A stretch of DNA of 64,000 nt, taken from contig NC_068982.1 of NCBI RefSeq assembly GCF_001194135.2, positions 182,364,908-182,428,907 of the forward strand, given 5' to 3'. The number at the start of each line of letters is the position of its first letter. The stretch's first letter is position 1. This document shows positions 53,509 to 64,000 of this stretch, piece by piece. This stretch comes from Octopus bimaculoides (lineage: Eukaryota). The notes beneath the pieces are model-generated. The model made no database searches. It was given only the letters and a program-made list of their open reading frames with translations, and had not been told where the DNA came from. Made by a program: the position numbers and the translations under genes.

Positions 53509-53878
53509 TTATGTTTNNNNNNNNNNGGATTTGTACATAGTGTTGTTCTAGTGAATGTTTAAGAAACCATAACAAAATTATGTGTTTGTTTTAAAATTTG
53601 AGATCACATAGACAGTATTTTACGTAGGATATGGGCAGTTCCCATGAGCACTATCTTTTGAACTTCAGCCATTTTGGGGATTCTTGGTATCTGAGCTAGG
53701 TAGTAATCAGCCCGTTTCGCTGTCATTCCCAGGGCACCTATGACAATAGGTATTGTTGTCGCCTTCAGATTCCACATTTTGCTAATTTATATTTCAAGAT
53801 CTTTATATTTGCTCAGTTTTTGGTGAGTCTTGAGAGATACGTTTATATCGATTGGGACAGTCATATCAATGAGGAGGT
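53509..53878 (-). mobile_element. R4/Dong-clade 3' fragment (subfamily A) inside an (ATT)n tract
   Basis: LLIDMTVPIDINVSLKTHQKLSKYKDLEI*ISKMWNLKATTIPIVIGALGM...GTAHILRKILSM* (RLE). (ATT)n on both sides (53443-53508 and 53879-53975). Confidence 0.9.
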
Positions 53879-53886
53879 ATATTATA

Positions 53887-53917
<31 letters not shown>

Positions 53918-53926
53918 TATTATTAC

Positions 53927-53975
<49 letters not shown>

Positions 53976-54789
53976 GCTACTGTTAACATTCTTCGAAAGT
54001 TCATGGTGTTAGTCATGGCGATGAGGAAGATGGTGTCGATGATGATGTTGGAATACATAGAATAACGACGTTCACATTGTAGCAGCTGCTCATGTCGACG
54101 ATGATGACAATAACGATGATAATAATGTTTATGTGACAGGTTGTTGACGCAACAGATTGTGAACGAAGTATTGATATTATTGATAATGGTGATATATGGA
54201 TAGCAATATGGATATCGATCGTTTATATGATACCGATTATGATGCTACTACTGATGATGATGATTATCATCATCATCATGACCATGATTCTGATGAGAAT
54301 ATAACGTAAAATTTTACATAACTTAAGTGGCAGTGCATTGCATCTTTATTAAACATACATTGGGTGTGTGATATATATTGCTTGCAAGATGGTTAAATAT
54401 TTAATATTTACTCACAGGATATTAAATGTTAGAAATAAAATTTGAAAATGAAAATAATAATAAACACGAAATTCTAATAATAAGTAGCTTCAAACAAAGA
54501 GCTCATATTATGGAGGCAGGTTGTAATATAAATGTATTTAAAAGCTATATTATTCTGTTACTTTTTATCGCGTTTCATTAATCCGTAAGAAAAAAAAAAC
54601 AGGGTAAACAAAGGAAGAAACTTTAATGTGAAAGTTAATATTTTAGGTTGAATAATAACTACGGAAAAGAGGAAAAGAAAAGTGTGATATGGTATATGGA
54701 TACATGTCGGAAATACCTGGTAGAGTTGTTTATGCAGGAAGAATATTTAGAGCGTGGGAAAAAAAACACATTTGCAGGATTTGTTCTGG

Positions 54790-54935
54790 TTCATTACGTT
54801 CTACGTTCCAATCCAGTCGAGGTTAACTTTGTCTTTTATTTTACCGGGTTCGCGAAATAATGCCCATGCCAAGTATTGGGAGTACATGATATTGGTTAAT
54901 TCAATCCCTTACAGATAACGGGCCTTGCAGTTAAT
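54790..54935 (+). mobile_element. SINE family 2, degenerate
   Basis: TACGTTCTACGTTCCAATCCAGTCGAGGTTAACTTTGTCTTTTATT...CGGGCCTTG. Confidence 0.55.
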
Positions 54936-55445
54936 TGAGAAATCGTTAACTTTTCTTTTAAATAACGCCTAGATTCCTCTCACTTTCATCAATATGATTT
55001 TCTTTGAAATATGCAGTTTGTTTACATTTAAATGCAGTAGGATGATAGACAAGAAAATTAAATACTTTCCGAGCAGGAGTCAATTTCTAAAAGACTAGAA
55101 ATAACAGCATTTGCTCTTTACTTATTACTTACTAAATACAAGTAACTTTTATGAGTTAGAAATTTACGAAAGATCTCTGTACACTATTCCAGATTAGATA
55201 TACTGACACATGTTTTTCAGGTCTAGTGACGCCAAATGTTTTCTAACTGTCGACTGGTGACAGCAGGTGGGATGTTGGCAACAACATGAAAGACAGCCAT
55301 TGTGTGGATATCAGCATAATAGATTTACATTCACAAACGTTCTCGTAATATCCGGATACGATGGAGTGAGAATCGGAAAAGATTCGATGCAAATATGAAA
55401 TAATAATAACACCAACAACAATAAACATAGCAATAATCCTTTCTA

Positions 55446-56990
55446 ATTTTGGAGAGTGGAAGCGTAATCAGCCGCTATTCATGGATGGTTTGAAGATGAT
55501 CACAAAAAGTGAAACAGAACTGGACAGTCTAGTCCAGTATGTAAGGATTTTGTCAAAAGATACCAAGATAGAGTCTGAACATTCGAAATGTGCTCTAATG
55601 GGGATCAGACGAGGAATGCTATATCTATGCTAAGTTGAGAAATGTTTAAGACAATTGAACCTGAATCTTGGTATAAATAACTGCGAATATTGGAGGCTGA
55701 TGGAATTCAGTATTATGAAAAGAAAGAAAAGACAACGAAAGAGTATCTGTGGCGACGGAGAAAAATATTGAATTTAAAGTCGAGTGGCAGAAACACAATT
55801 TCGTCAATAAACCTGTGCGCAGTCACAGTGGTTGTATATGGCGCCGGAATGCTGACGTGGACAGATGAACTGAAGGAGTTAAACAGGAAGACAAGAAAAC
55901 TCCTAACAATGCATGAAGCCCATTATCCGCGTGCAGACATTGATGGCCGATATATGAAGAGAGCAAATGGAGGAAGTGACTGATAAGTGTGGAAGACTGC
56001 ATGCATATCGAACTTTGGAACCTGCTGAGGTATCTAACCCAAAGTGATGAAACCTTGCTAGGAACAGTTAGTGATGAGGGCAGATCGAAATGAGGAAAAA
56101 AGAAAAGAACTAAACAAAAAGTGCAAGGAGATGAAGAAGCACCGCGCAATAAGGTACTACACAATCAGTTCCATGTAGCCACAACCGAAGTTGCTGGGAA
56201 ACAAGATAGGACTGGTTGAAGAAGAGAACGCTGAAAAAGTGACCGGAAGCACAATACTGGTAACGCAAGACCAAGTTTTATCTACAAATTAGAGCTTTAG
56301 TTATAAATAGTAATGAGCAAGTGTCTCCACCCTGTCGAATTTGTAATAGAGTTGACAAAAACCATTTTTCATATCGTTAACGAATGTGCTCGACTTGCCC
56401 AAGCCCAATATAAGCTGTGGCAATATGATGAGGTAGCGAAAGTACTACACTGGAAGCTTTATGAAAAGTAAAGCCTAGAGAGGGGCAAGTCATAGTGTTA
56501 GCACGAACCACAGAGAGTGACGGAGTCGGAGACCTCTAAATTCGCTCGGGATTTTCCAATCCAAACAAACCAGGCGTTAAAGCACAAGCAGGACCTATTG
56601 TTGGTGGACAAGCTGAACAACATGTGCTCTATAATTGATGCTGTGTGTCCCCTTTGTCACACGAATAGTCAAGAAGGAAGGCGGAAAAATAGATACATAC
56701 AACACTTTTAAATATGAGATAGTTCGACTGTGGAAAAGGAAGACAGTGGAGATAGTGCCAATTATTGTAGGGTTCTCGGGGACAGTATCAGACGGCATCA
56801 ACAGGGATATAAAAGAAATCGGAATAGAATGCCTAATAGAATTTTTACAAAAGGTTTGCCTCTTTATCAATGCCAGAATCATCAGGAAAGTACCAGATAG
56901 TTTAAAAGAACATATTATGGTACCGTAGGCTGCAGATAGCAAGCCTGCTGTACATGTAAGACTCCAAATGTTCCAACCGAACATAACTTA
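55446..56990 (+). mobile_element. R4/Dong-clade LINE, RT C-half plus zinc finger and RLE (subfamily C), degraded
   Basis: NQPLFMDGLKM, INLCAVTVVVYGAGMLTW, LNRKTRKLLTMHEAHYPRADIDGRYMKRANGG, CRICNRVDKTIFHIVNECARLAQ, DFPIQT, DLLLVD, CPFVTRIVKKEGGKIDTYNTFKYEIVRLW, VPIIVG. Confidence 0.9.
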
Positions 56991-56999
56991 GATTCTAAT

Positions 57000-57175
57000 G
57001 GTGAACTCTCCTGTCGAAGACGACGTATGAGCGTTCACCTCTTGCCGAACGACCTGCACAAATGCTTTGTTTATAGTGATCAAATGTTCATGCCACACAT
57101 TAGCTCACGCTTTCCATCAAATCGACGTTACTTGAGCAGGTGCACGGTGTACCACACGTGTGCTGACAAGTATTG
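57000..57175 (-). mobile_element. Probable 3' portion of a further SINE family
   Basis: Non-coding; resembles from recall a common octopus interspersed repeat (TTTGATCACTATAAACAAA..TTTGTGCAGGTCGTTCGGC). Unverified. Confidence 0.4.
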
Positions 57176-57412
57176 CCACATCCTTAGAAAAACCTTATCA
57201 ATTTAAATGCATTTATTGTACTACTTGAAGATATTTCTTTAAGGCCTCAGCCAATTACCCTCTCCAAACTTTCAGTCATACTGTAACATCTCTTATCCTT
57301 CACTCGCCCTAGAACGCTGGGTATGTCTCGGTGATTGTAACTAATATGCAAATTAAAAATAAATAAATAATAATAATAATAATAAAACAGACAGATCCGT
57401 CCNNNNNNNNNN

Positions 57413-57462
<50 letters not shown>

Positions 57463-57479
57463 CATTATTATTATTTCTT

Positions 57480-58070
57480 TCTGGACATAATAAATTAAGG
57501 ATTAATTTTGGAGCTGGAAATCATCCCAGTAAAACAAGACAGACTTTGCAGAGAAAAAAATTCATAACACAGAAACGATACGAGATGACATAGACGACGG
57601 TATTTGGTTAGAGAAATGAATAATGGGGAACGAGACCAGGGGAATGCTTTCAGAGCATAAGAATAGGTCCTAGGGTAAAATCACATCAAAACGAGATTAG
57701 ACAAACAGGACTGTTAACGGAAATATCAAAATATAAAATGCGCGATGATACGTGTGGTAGATTGATAGTATATCAGAATGACAAGAGTTTAGAGCAAAAT
57801 GAATACAAATAAAGAGTAGATATGGTAAGATTGCTACAATAATTCTGTGGAATATATTCACGAGTGTCGGTTTTGCAAGTACAGAAAAGAGTTACGACAA
57901 TTTAGTGGACACAGAAAAGGAAAACATCGAAACACTGAAATGAGGTGGTTGTGGGATTTTCTTATACGAAATGAGGGAAGAATAGAACTTGACAGATTGG
58001 AAAGTGAAGCCGTTAATACGTATAAAGTGTGTGGCATGCCCATTTCATATCGCAATCAAGCAATGAAAAG
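57480..58070 (+). mobile_element. Old R4/Dong-clade fragment
   Basis: Frameshifted zinc-finger to RLE region (IRLDKTGLL, IVYQND-EQNEYK, LWDFLIR); follows an (ATT)n tract. Confidence 0.55.
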
Positions 58071-58177
58071 ACCTGCGTAACAGTATTATACTGAATTGGA
58101 GTGGGAAACTTTCGGATGTGGAAACAGAAATTAACAAAGTAAGTCATGCCGTTGTAGATCCTTATATACATATATGG

Positions 58178-58251
<74 letters not shown>

Positions 58252-58263
58252 GTGTGCGTGTGC

Positions 58264-58297
<34 letters not shown>

Positions 58298-58298
58298 A

Positions 58299-58460
58299 TA
58301 CAACGGGTTTCTTTCAGTTTCCATCTACCAAATCCACTCATAAGGTTTTGGTCGACCCAACGCCACAGTAGAAGACACGCAAGGTGCCATGCAATGGCAA
58401 TGAACCCGGAACCATGTGGTTGGTTAGCAAGTTACTTAACACATAGCCACTCCTGCACCT
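58299..58460 (-). mobile_element. SINE family 1, 5' half, followed by its microsatellite (58166-58298)
   Basis: Reverse complement of GGTGCAGGAGTGGCTATGTGTT...GGTAGATGGAAACTGAAAGAAACCCGTTG. Confidence 0.85.
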
Positions 58461-59139
58461 CGTATGTAGGTATGTTTGTATGCTTATACATATGTATACT
58501 TACATATATATTTATGCACGATCTTACACTTAGGAACTAATACGTTCATGCAGCTTAATTCAAAAACAAAGAAATAGTTTACTTATTTTTGTTCAACATT
58601 TAATACAATTCTATGAGCGGAAACGAGAAAATACACTTTGAAGACTATTGACTAATACATTTAGATTAGTAATATAATGTCTTTGATAGAAATGAAGTAG
58701 AATATGGAAATATCTTCTAAGATGCCAATTTATTTTCCGATTTACATTCTTGGTTCTCTTATTTAAAAATGAAAACCAAATGCAGAGACTATATATAATG
58801 TTAGATCGTACAATAAAAATGCATGATAAAAGAACTAATGATTGCAATCAATATATTGCCACAAACGTTTCATTTTCTGTTATATTACGAAAGAGAAGTT
58901 AGAGTGGAATATATAATTGAAATAAATATAATCATCAAACAAATTTTCTAAAAAATATTGATATTTCGTGTATTTGTGGACTATAAAATAGAGCTCATTC
59001 ATTTACTGCTCCGTTTTCAAATTTCTATTCGTTTACTGATTAGGGAGACTAATCGGCAATGAATTCAGAAGTTCAGACGTTTTTGCTCGAATACAGTCGG
59101 CTATGAAATGTATGTGCATGTGTATATACCTTGATATCA

Positions 59140-60355
59140 CACTGACATCCCATTTTAACAGTTATATTTAACAAAATTACATAAACATATATTGAAGGAA
59201 TACTAAACAGAAAATTTATTCAGTAAAATCGCCATTGATTTCAACCACGGGCTCCAGACGACTGCCGCAATTTCTGCAGCTCTTCTGGACGGTCTCCTTG
59301 TTTATGTCGCTCAATGCTGCCATAATCCTTGCCTTCAGTTGAGCTTTAGTGTTACAAGAAGTTTGTTGGTCTCTCGGTCAACTCCGCGCCTCACATAATA
59401 ATCAAGGGGGTTGTAGTCTGGGATGTTACGTGGCCAGATGTTAGGGGTTATGTGGTCGTAGAAGTTGTCTGGAAGCCATAACTAGGTTCTCTTGCTGGTG
59501 TGGCATGGTGCAGAGTCTCGTTGCTAGACATAGGGTCTGCCAGAAGCTACCCTCTTTACCCACGGCAGCACTACCTCCTCCACGCACTTGATATAGGCCT
59601 CCGTGTTGAGTGTGGGACTGTGTGGAAAGATGAATGGAGGCATAACGTCGCGGTCACTAGTTATCACACCAAACACCATGATATTGACTGGATGTTTGAT
59701 TTTTATCACACTCTGTACATGTGCTGGAGGACACGACACGACAACGCTTCCTTTGTGTGTTCAGCATCTGATCCTGGTAGAAATGTTTCTCATCTGAGAA
59801 AACCTAAAGCATATTCAGTTGGAGAGGGTATATAAGTTCGTTCAAAAGCTTCGAAGCGTGGTCTTTTCTCTTGTCTTTCATCGTTTGGAATAAATATTGG
59901 TCTTTCTCGTCTTGTATGAAGAATACCGAACATCTTCATACACTACCTGCCTCATAAGAAACTCAGTCACTCCCTGGAGATGGACCCGTTTGACTTGAAG
60001 AAAACGTTATCAATCATGGCCTGGATCTCACCAAGAATTGCAGGAGTTCTTTTCTTATCAGAGCGATCAGAGTTTTCCAAGATGCCGTAGATTCGTAATC
60101 ACCATTAGACTTGCACAACTCTTTCCGAATCCTCTGAACTGTCTTCAGATTGACACCCAAACACTCTGTAATGTTCGTATTGCAGCTTCCAGCGCAAATA
60201 CCAAGCAGTGCAGCATGTTTCAAAATGTCTGTCAAGTGTAAATTACATCATGGTGCCGTTTTTCTCTATACCGTGCAGTTGACAAAATCCAAAACACAGC
60301 AATTCGCACGCGCGGAATAAAACGTATAAAATGCAAACAATTTACCCATTGCAAG

Positions 60356-60362
<7 letters not shown>
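59140..60362 (-). mobile_element. Near full-length DD37D (maT/mori-like) transposon, inactivated
   Basis: VFSDEK, KHPVNIMVFGVITSDRDVMPPFIF, YIKCVEEVVLPWVKRV, QRDSAPCHTS...IWPRNIPDYNP-DYYV (37 residues between D2 and D3 after correcting a frameshift). Ends at a (TA)n tract at 60360. Confidence 0.9.
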
Positions 60363-60401
<39 letters not shown>

Positions 60402-60454
60402 GGTATCTGGAAGACCCAGCGTGGCAGGTAACGCTAAGTGCTATAGAAATATTG

Positions 60455-60625
60455 GAATTCTATAGTGATACGAGTGAGGAGTTGAGCCTCAAAACACGAG
60501 CAAAACAAACAAAAAATCTGTTTTCAGTATTTAAGGAAGCTGACAAATACAAACAAGAAATCATACTACGTAATAAATATGAAGTAGAAGAAGACGAAGA
60601 AGAAGAAGAAGAAGAAGAAGAAGAA

Positions 60626-60672
<47 letters not shown>

Positions 60673-61023
60673 AGAAGAAGAAGAAGAAGAAGAAGAAGAA
60701 GAAGAAGAAGAAGAAGAAGAAGAAGAAGAAGAAGAAGAAGAAGAAGAAGAAGAAGAAGAAGAAGAAGAAGAAGAAGAAGAAGAAGAACAACAACAACAAC
60801 AACAAGAAGAAGAAGAAGAAGAAGAAGAAGAAGAAGAAGAAGAAGAAGAAGAAGAAGAAGAAGAAGAAACAATAGCTATAAAACAAATGAAATCCAAGCT
60901 AGAACTAGAACAGCAACGGACCATGATAAAACGATGGCAAGAAAAGCCCCGTCATGCCAAATACTGGGCTAAACTAAATGGAAAAGAAACAGACAGAGAA
61001 AATTCCCAGCAATAGTTGAGAAG
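60455..61023 (+). mobile_element. R4/Dong-clade internal ORF fragment (subfamily B) containing an in-frame (GAA)n expansion
   Basis: KNLFSVFKEADKYKQEII...[poly-E]...IKQMKSKLELEQQRTMIKRWQEKPRHAKYWAKL...NSQQ*LR, the W-x-x-KP(L)HG-type motif upstream of the R4 zinc finger. Confidence 0.8.
60581..60868. repeat. (GAA)n of about 290 bp with a (CAA)6 interruption
   Basis: Directly visible. Confidence 0.98.
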
Positions 61024-61397
61024 CTATGTGCATCTCTGATCACGATCAGAAGTAGAGGCGGAGCATCATAGCCATGTGTTGAGCGGAATTTGTTGGAGTT
61101 TGAATAATTCACTCCTGGAAAAATTGGTGTTTTGTTCGTCATCGTTAAAACAAACCTTATTCAGAGACATTTTGAGCAGGATGGGCTACACGTCCTGAAA
61201 AAAATTCTAACTGGGCCCCACCTTCAAGGTCATGTTTTGTTTATCTTGATATGAGATCAGAATGTCACGCACATGTGGTTGTGATGCATCTGCCTGGTGT
61301 ACCCTTATCACACGGGTAGTCATGGTGGTTATATAGGGCTTCGTATATTTGTACACCAGTGTCACTTTGATGGCATGCACCGCTCTCTCACTCAATA

Positions 61398-61463
<66 letters not shown>
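61024..61463 (+). mobile_element. Non-coding interspersed repeat (SINE-like or LINE 3' UTR) ending in an (AAT)n tail
   Basis: No ORF; ends ...GATGGCATGCACCGCTCTCTCACTCAATAAAT(AAT)n at 61396-61463. Recalled as a high-copy octopus repeat (unverified). Confidence 0.6.
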
Positions 61464-61464
<1 letters not shown>

Positions 61465-62893
61465 GGAACATTAGTTAAAAGCAGCAATATAACACTAGAT
61501 AAAGCCAATGAAATAAGAGGAGAACTAGACGAAAGCCAACCATACAAGTATTTAGGAGTCAATTAATTAGATAGGATACAACATACACAAATGAAAGAAA
61601 AAATAAAGAAAGAGTACTATAGACGAGTTAGATCAATACTAAAAACAGAGCTCAATGCTAAAAACAAGATGATGGGTATCACCACTTTAGCTGTCCCAGT
61701 TATAAGCTANNNNNNNNNNNNNNNNNNNNNNNNNNNNNNNNNNNNNNNNNNNNNNNNNNNNNNNNNNNNNNNNNNNNNNNNNNNNNNNNNNNNNNNNNNN
61801 NNNNNNNNNNNNNNNNNNNNNNNNNNNNNNNNNNNNNNNNNNNNNNNNNNNNNNNNNNNNNNNNNNNNNNNNNNNNNNNNNNNNNNNNNNNNNNNNNNNN
61901 NNNNNNNNNNNNNNNNNNNNNNNNNNNNNNNNNNNNNNNNNNNNNNNNNNNNNNNNNNNNNNNNNNNNNNNNNNNNNNNNNNNNNNNNNNNNNNNNNNNN
62001 NNNNNNNNNNNNNNNNNNNNNNNNNNNNNNNNNNNNNNNNNNNNNNNNNNNNNNNNNNNNNNNNNNNNNNNNNNNNNNNNNNNNNNNNNNNNNNNNNNNN
62101 NNNNNNNNNNNNNNNNNNNNNNNNNNNNNNNNNNNNNNNNNNNNNNNNNNNNNNNNNNNNNNNNNNNNNNNNNNNNNNNNNNNNNNNNNNNNNNNNNNNN
62201 NNNNNNNNNNNNNNNNNNNNNNNNNNNNNNNNNNNNNNNNNNNNNNNNNNNNNNNNNNNNNNNNNNNNNNNNNNNNNNNNNNNNNNNNNNNNNNNNNNNN
62301 NNNNNNNNNNNNNNNNNNNNNNNNNNNNNNNNNNNNNNNNNNNNNNNNNNNNNNNNNNNNNNNNNNNNNNNNNNNNNNNNNNNNNNNNNNNNNNNNNNNN
62401 NNNNNNNNNNNNNNNNNNNNNNNNNNNNNNNNNNNNNNNNNNNNNNNNNNNNNNNNNNNNNNNNNNNNNNNNNNNNNNNNNNNNNNNNNNNNNNNNNNNN
62501 NNNNNNNNNNNNNNNNNNNNNNNNNNNNNNNNNNNNNNNNNNNNNNNNNNNNNNNNNNNNNNNNNNNNNNNNNNNNNNNNNNNNNNNNNNNNNNNNNNNN
62601 NNNNNNNNNNNNNNNNNNNNNNNNNNNNNNNNNNNAACAATTCCTATCATAATAGGTGCCTTAGGTATAATTAAAAAAATATTCAGACAAATACATAACA
62701 AAATCACCAGGACTTACAAATATATATAACATACAGAAAGTTGCACTACTGGGTACTGCACACATTCTACGCAAAACACGTTCAATACAGTAAACATAAG
62801 AGCACCACAGCAAACCACAGCACATACCCAAGGCGCACAGAGCTGCGCTTGGTAATGAAGTGAAAGCATGTTATAAAAATAAAACTACTGAAC
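61464..62893 (+). mobile_element. R4/Dong-clade 3' fragment (subfamily B) flanked by (AAT)n, middle in a gap
   Basis: YKYLGV, MKEKIKKEYYRRVRSILKTELNAKNKMMGITTLAVPVISY, gap, IPIIIGALGII, QKVALLGTAHILRK, 3' UTR, (AAT)n. Confidence 0.9.
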
Positions 62894-62917
62894 AATAATA
62901 ATAATAATAATAATAAT

Positions 62918-63430
62918 CACCGGATCGAAAGAGTATTGTAGTCGGAGAAATGTAAGATTGTGAGGGAGTTCCCTATTCAAACAGGCAAGAAGTTAGAAAA
63001 TAATAGACCATGCATAACAATTATAGATAAGGAAAAACGAAGTTGCTTACTAATGGACCCATCATGCCTGTTTGATTCCAGGACCATTGAGAAAGAGGAC
63101 GAAAAATTAAAAAAATACAATCTCTTAAAATTTGAAATAGGAAGGATTTGGACCATGGGAACAGTAAATGTTGTGCCTAAAAGGATTGATGCTTTGAGAA
63201 CAGCAATGAAAGATACCGACAATTTGCTGAAGGATATTGGAATAGAATGACCGGTAGAGCTCCTACAGAAAGTTTGTCTCCTAGGGAGAGCAAGGATTAT
63301 CAGGAGCGTTCAAAGCACTTGAAAGGCATCTAAAGAGTTGCGGATACCTAAGATTACAAATAGTAATCCGCTACCCACATAAATCCCACCAGGAATAAGT
63401 CCGAACTTGAGCGAAACCATAATAATAATA
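62918..63430 (+). mobile_element. R4/Dong-clade RLE plus 3' UTR fragment (subfamily C)
   Basis: REFPIQTGKKLENNRPCITIIDKEKRSCLLMDPSCLFDSRTIEKEDEKLKKYNLLKFEIGRIW...LLQKVCLLGRARIIR; ends in AATAATAATAA. Confidence 0.88.
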
Positions 63431-63706
63431 AAATATGAAATTCTTTCCAAAATCTATAAATTTCTAAACAGAAAGCGTGCATGTGTTTAGGGTGCAAAGT
63501 TTAAGCTAAACAGTGACTGGAATGAATGTGGAAGAATTCTTATGAGGAAAGAAGTGCGTGTGAGGAAATAAATAGTAGCATGCTGAATGATTTCATAAGA
63601 AATCATCTCATACATTTGCGTGTATGGAAAAATATATCCATTCACACGGACACATATGCACACATATATGCATGCATCTCTGTGCATGTATAAATGTGTA
63701 CACGTA

Positions 63707-63787
<81 letters not shown>

Positions 63788-64000
63788 AATAGAATATGAT
63801 AACAAGGCCTAGTCAATTTGATATTCCTAGGAAATTTATAAATAGAAAAGTGGTCTTACAAATGTTTCAGAGAAATAAATGATATCCCATCATCAGAAAC
63901 GAGATATACAAGAAATTAGATATAATGCAGAAAGCATAAAAGGGAAAATATTAAAATAAAAATACATGTTGGATGTTAAAGTTGCTGTTCCGTTATCGAA

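Noticed and set aside
53100-54300. Poly-D/T/M and poly-I/L ORFs
   Set aside because: Degenerate (GAT)/(GAC)/(ATT) microsatellites.
1-64000. CRISPR array, rRNA or prokaryotic defence system
   Set aside because: No regularly spaced repeat-spacer array, rRNA similarity or operon-like ORF density; the DNA is animal non-coding sequence.

Overview
Eukaryotic, AT-rich, microsatellite-dense genomic DNA from a gapped draft assembly (9 N-runs). The repeat families point to a coleoid cephalopod, most likely Octopus; this is inferred from recalled SINE families, not a database match. I found no host protein-coding exon, tRNA, rRNA or CRISPR array that I can support, so the window reads as intergenic DNA or a giant intron. 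Recognisable content is almost all decayed mobile DNA: eight Tc1/mariner pieces (DD34D, DD37D, DD41D-like), a Buster/Charlie hAT, a piggyBac tail, a CR1/L2-group LINE, a Penelope-like RT, seven R4/Dong-type RLE LINE fragments mostly tied to (AAT)n tracts, and many tRNA-derived SINEs of two families. Most long ORFs in the supplied track are artefacts of microsatellites or N-gaps. Best leads: (1) a near-canonical minimal type I hammerhead ribozyme motif at 39855-39916; (2) a nested stack of (AAT)n-targeting retroelements at 60455-63430; (3) head-to-tail SINE multimers with a recurring junction motif; (4) a SINE family with an internal expanding microsatellite.
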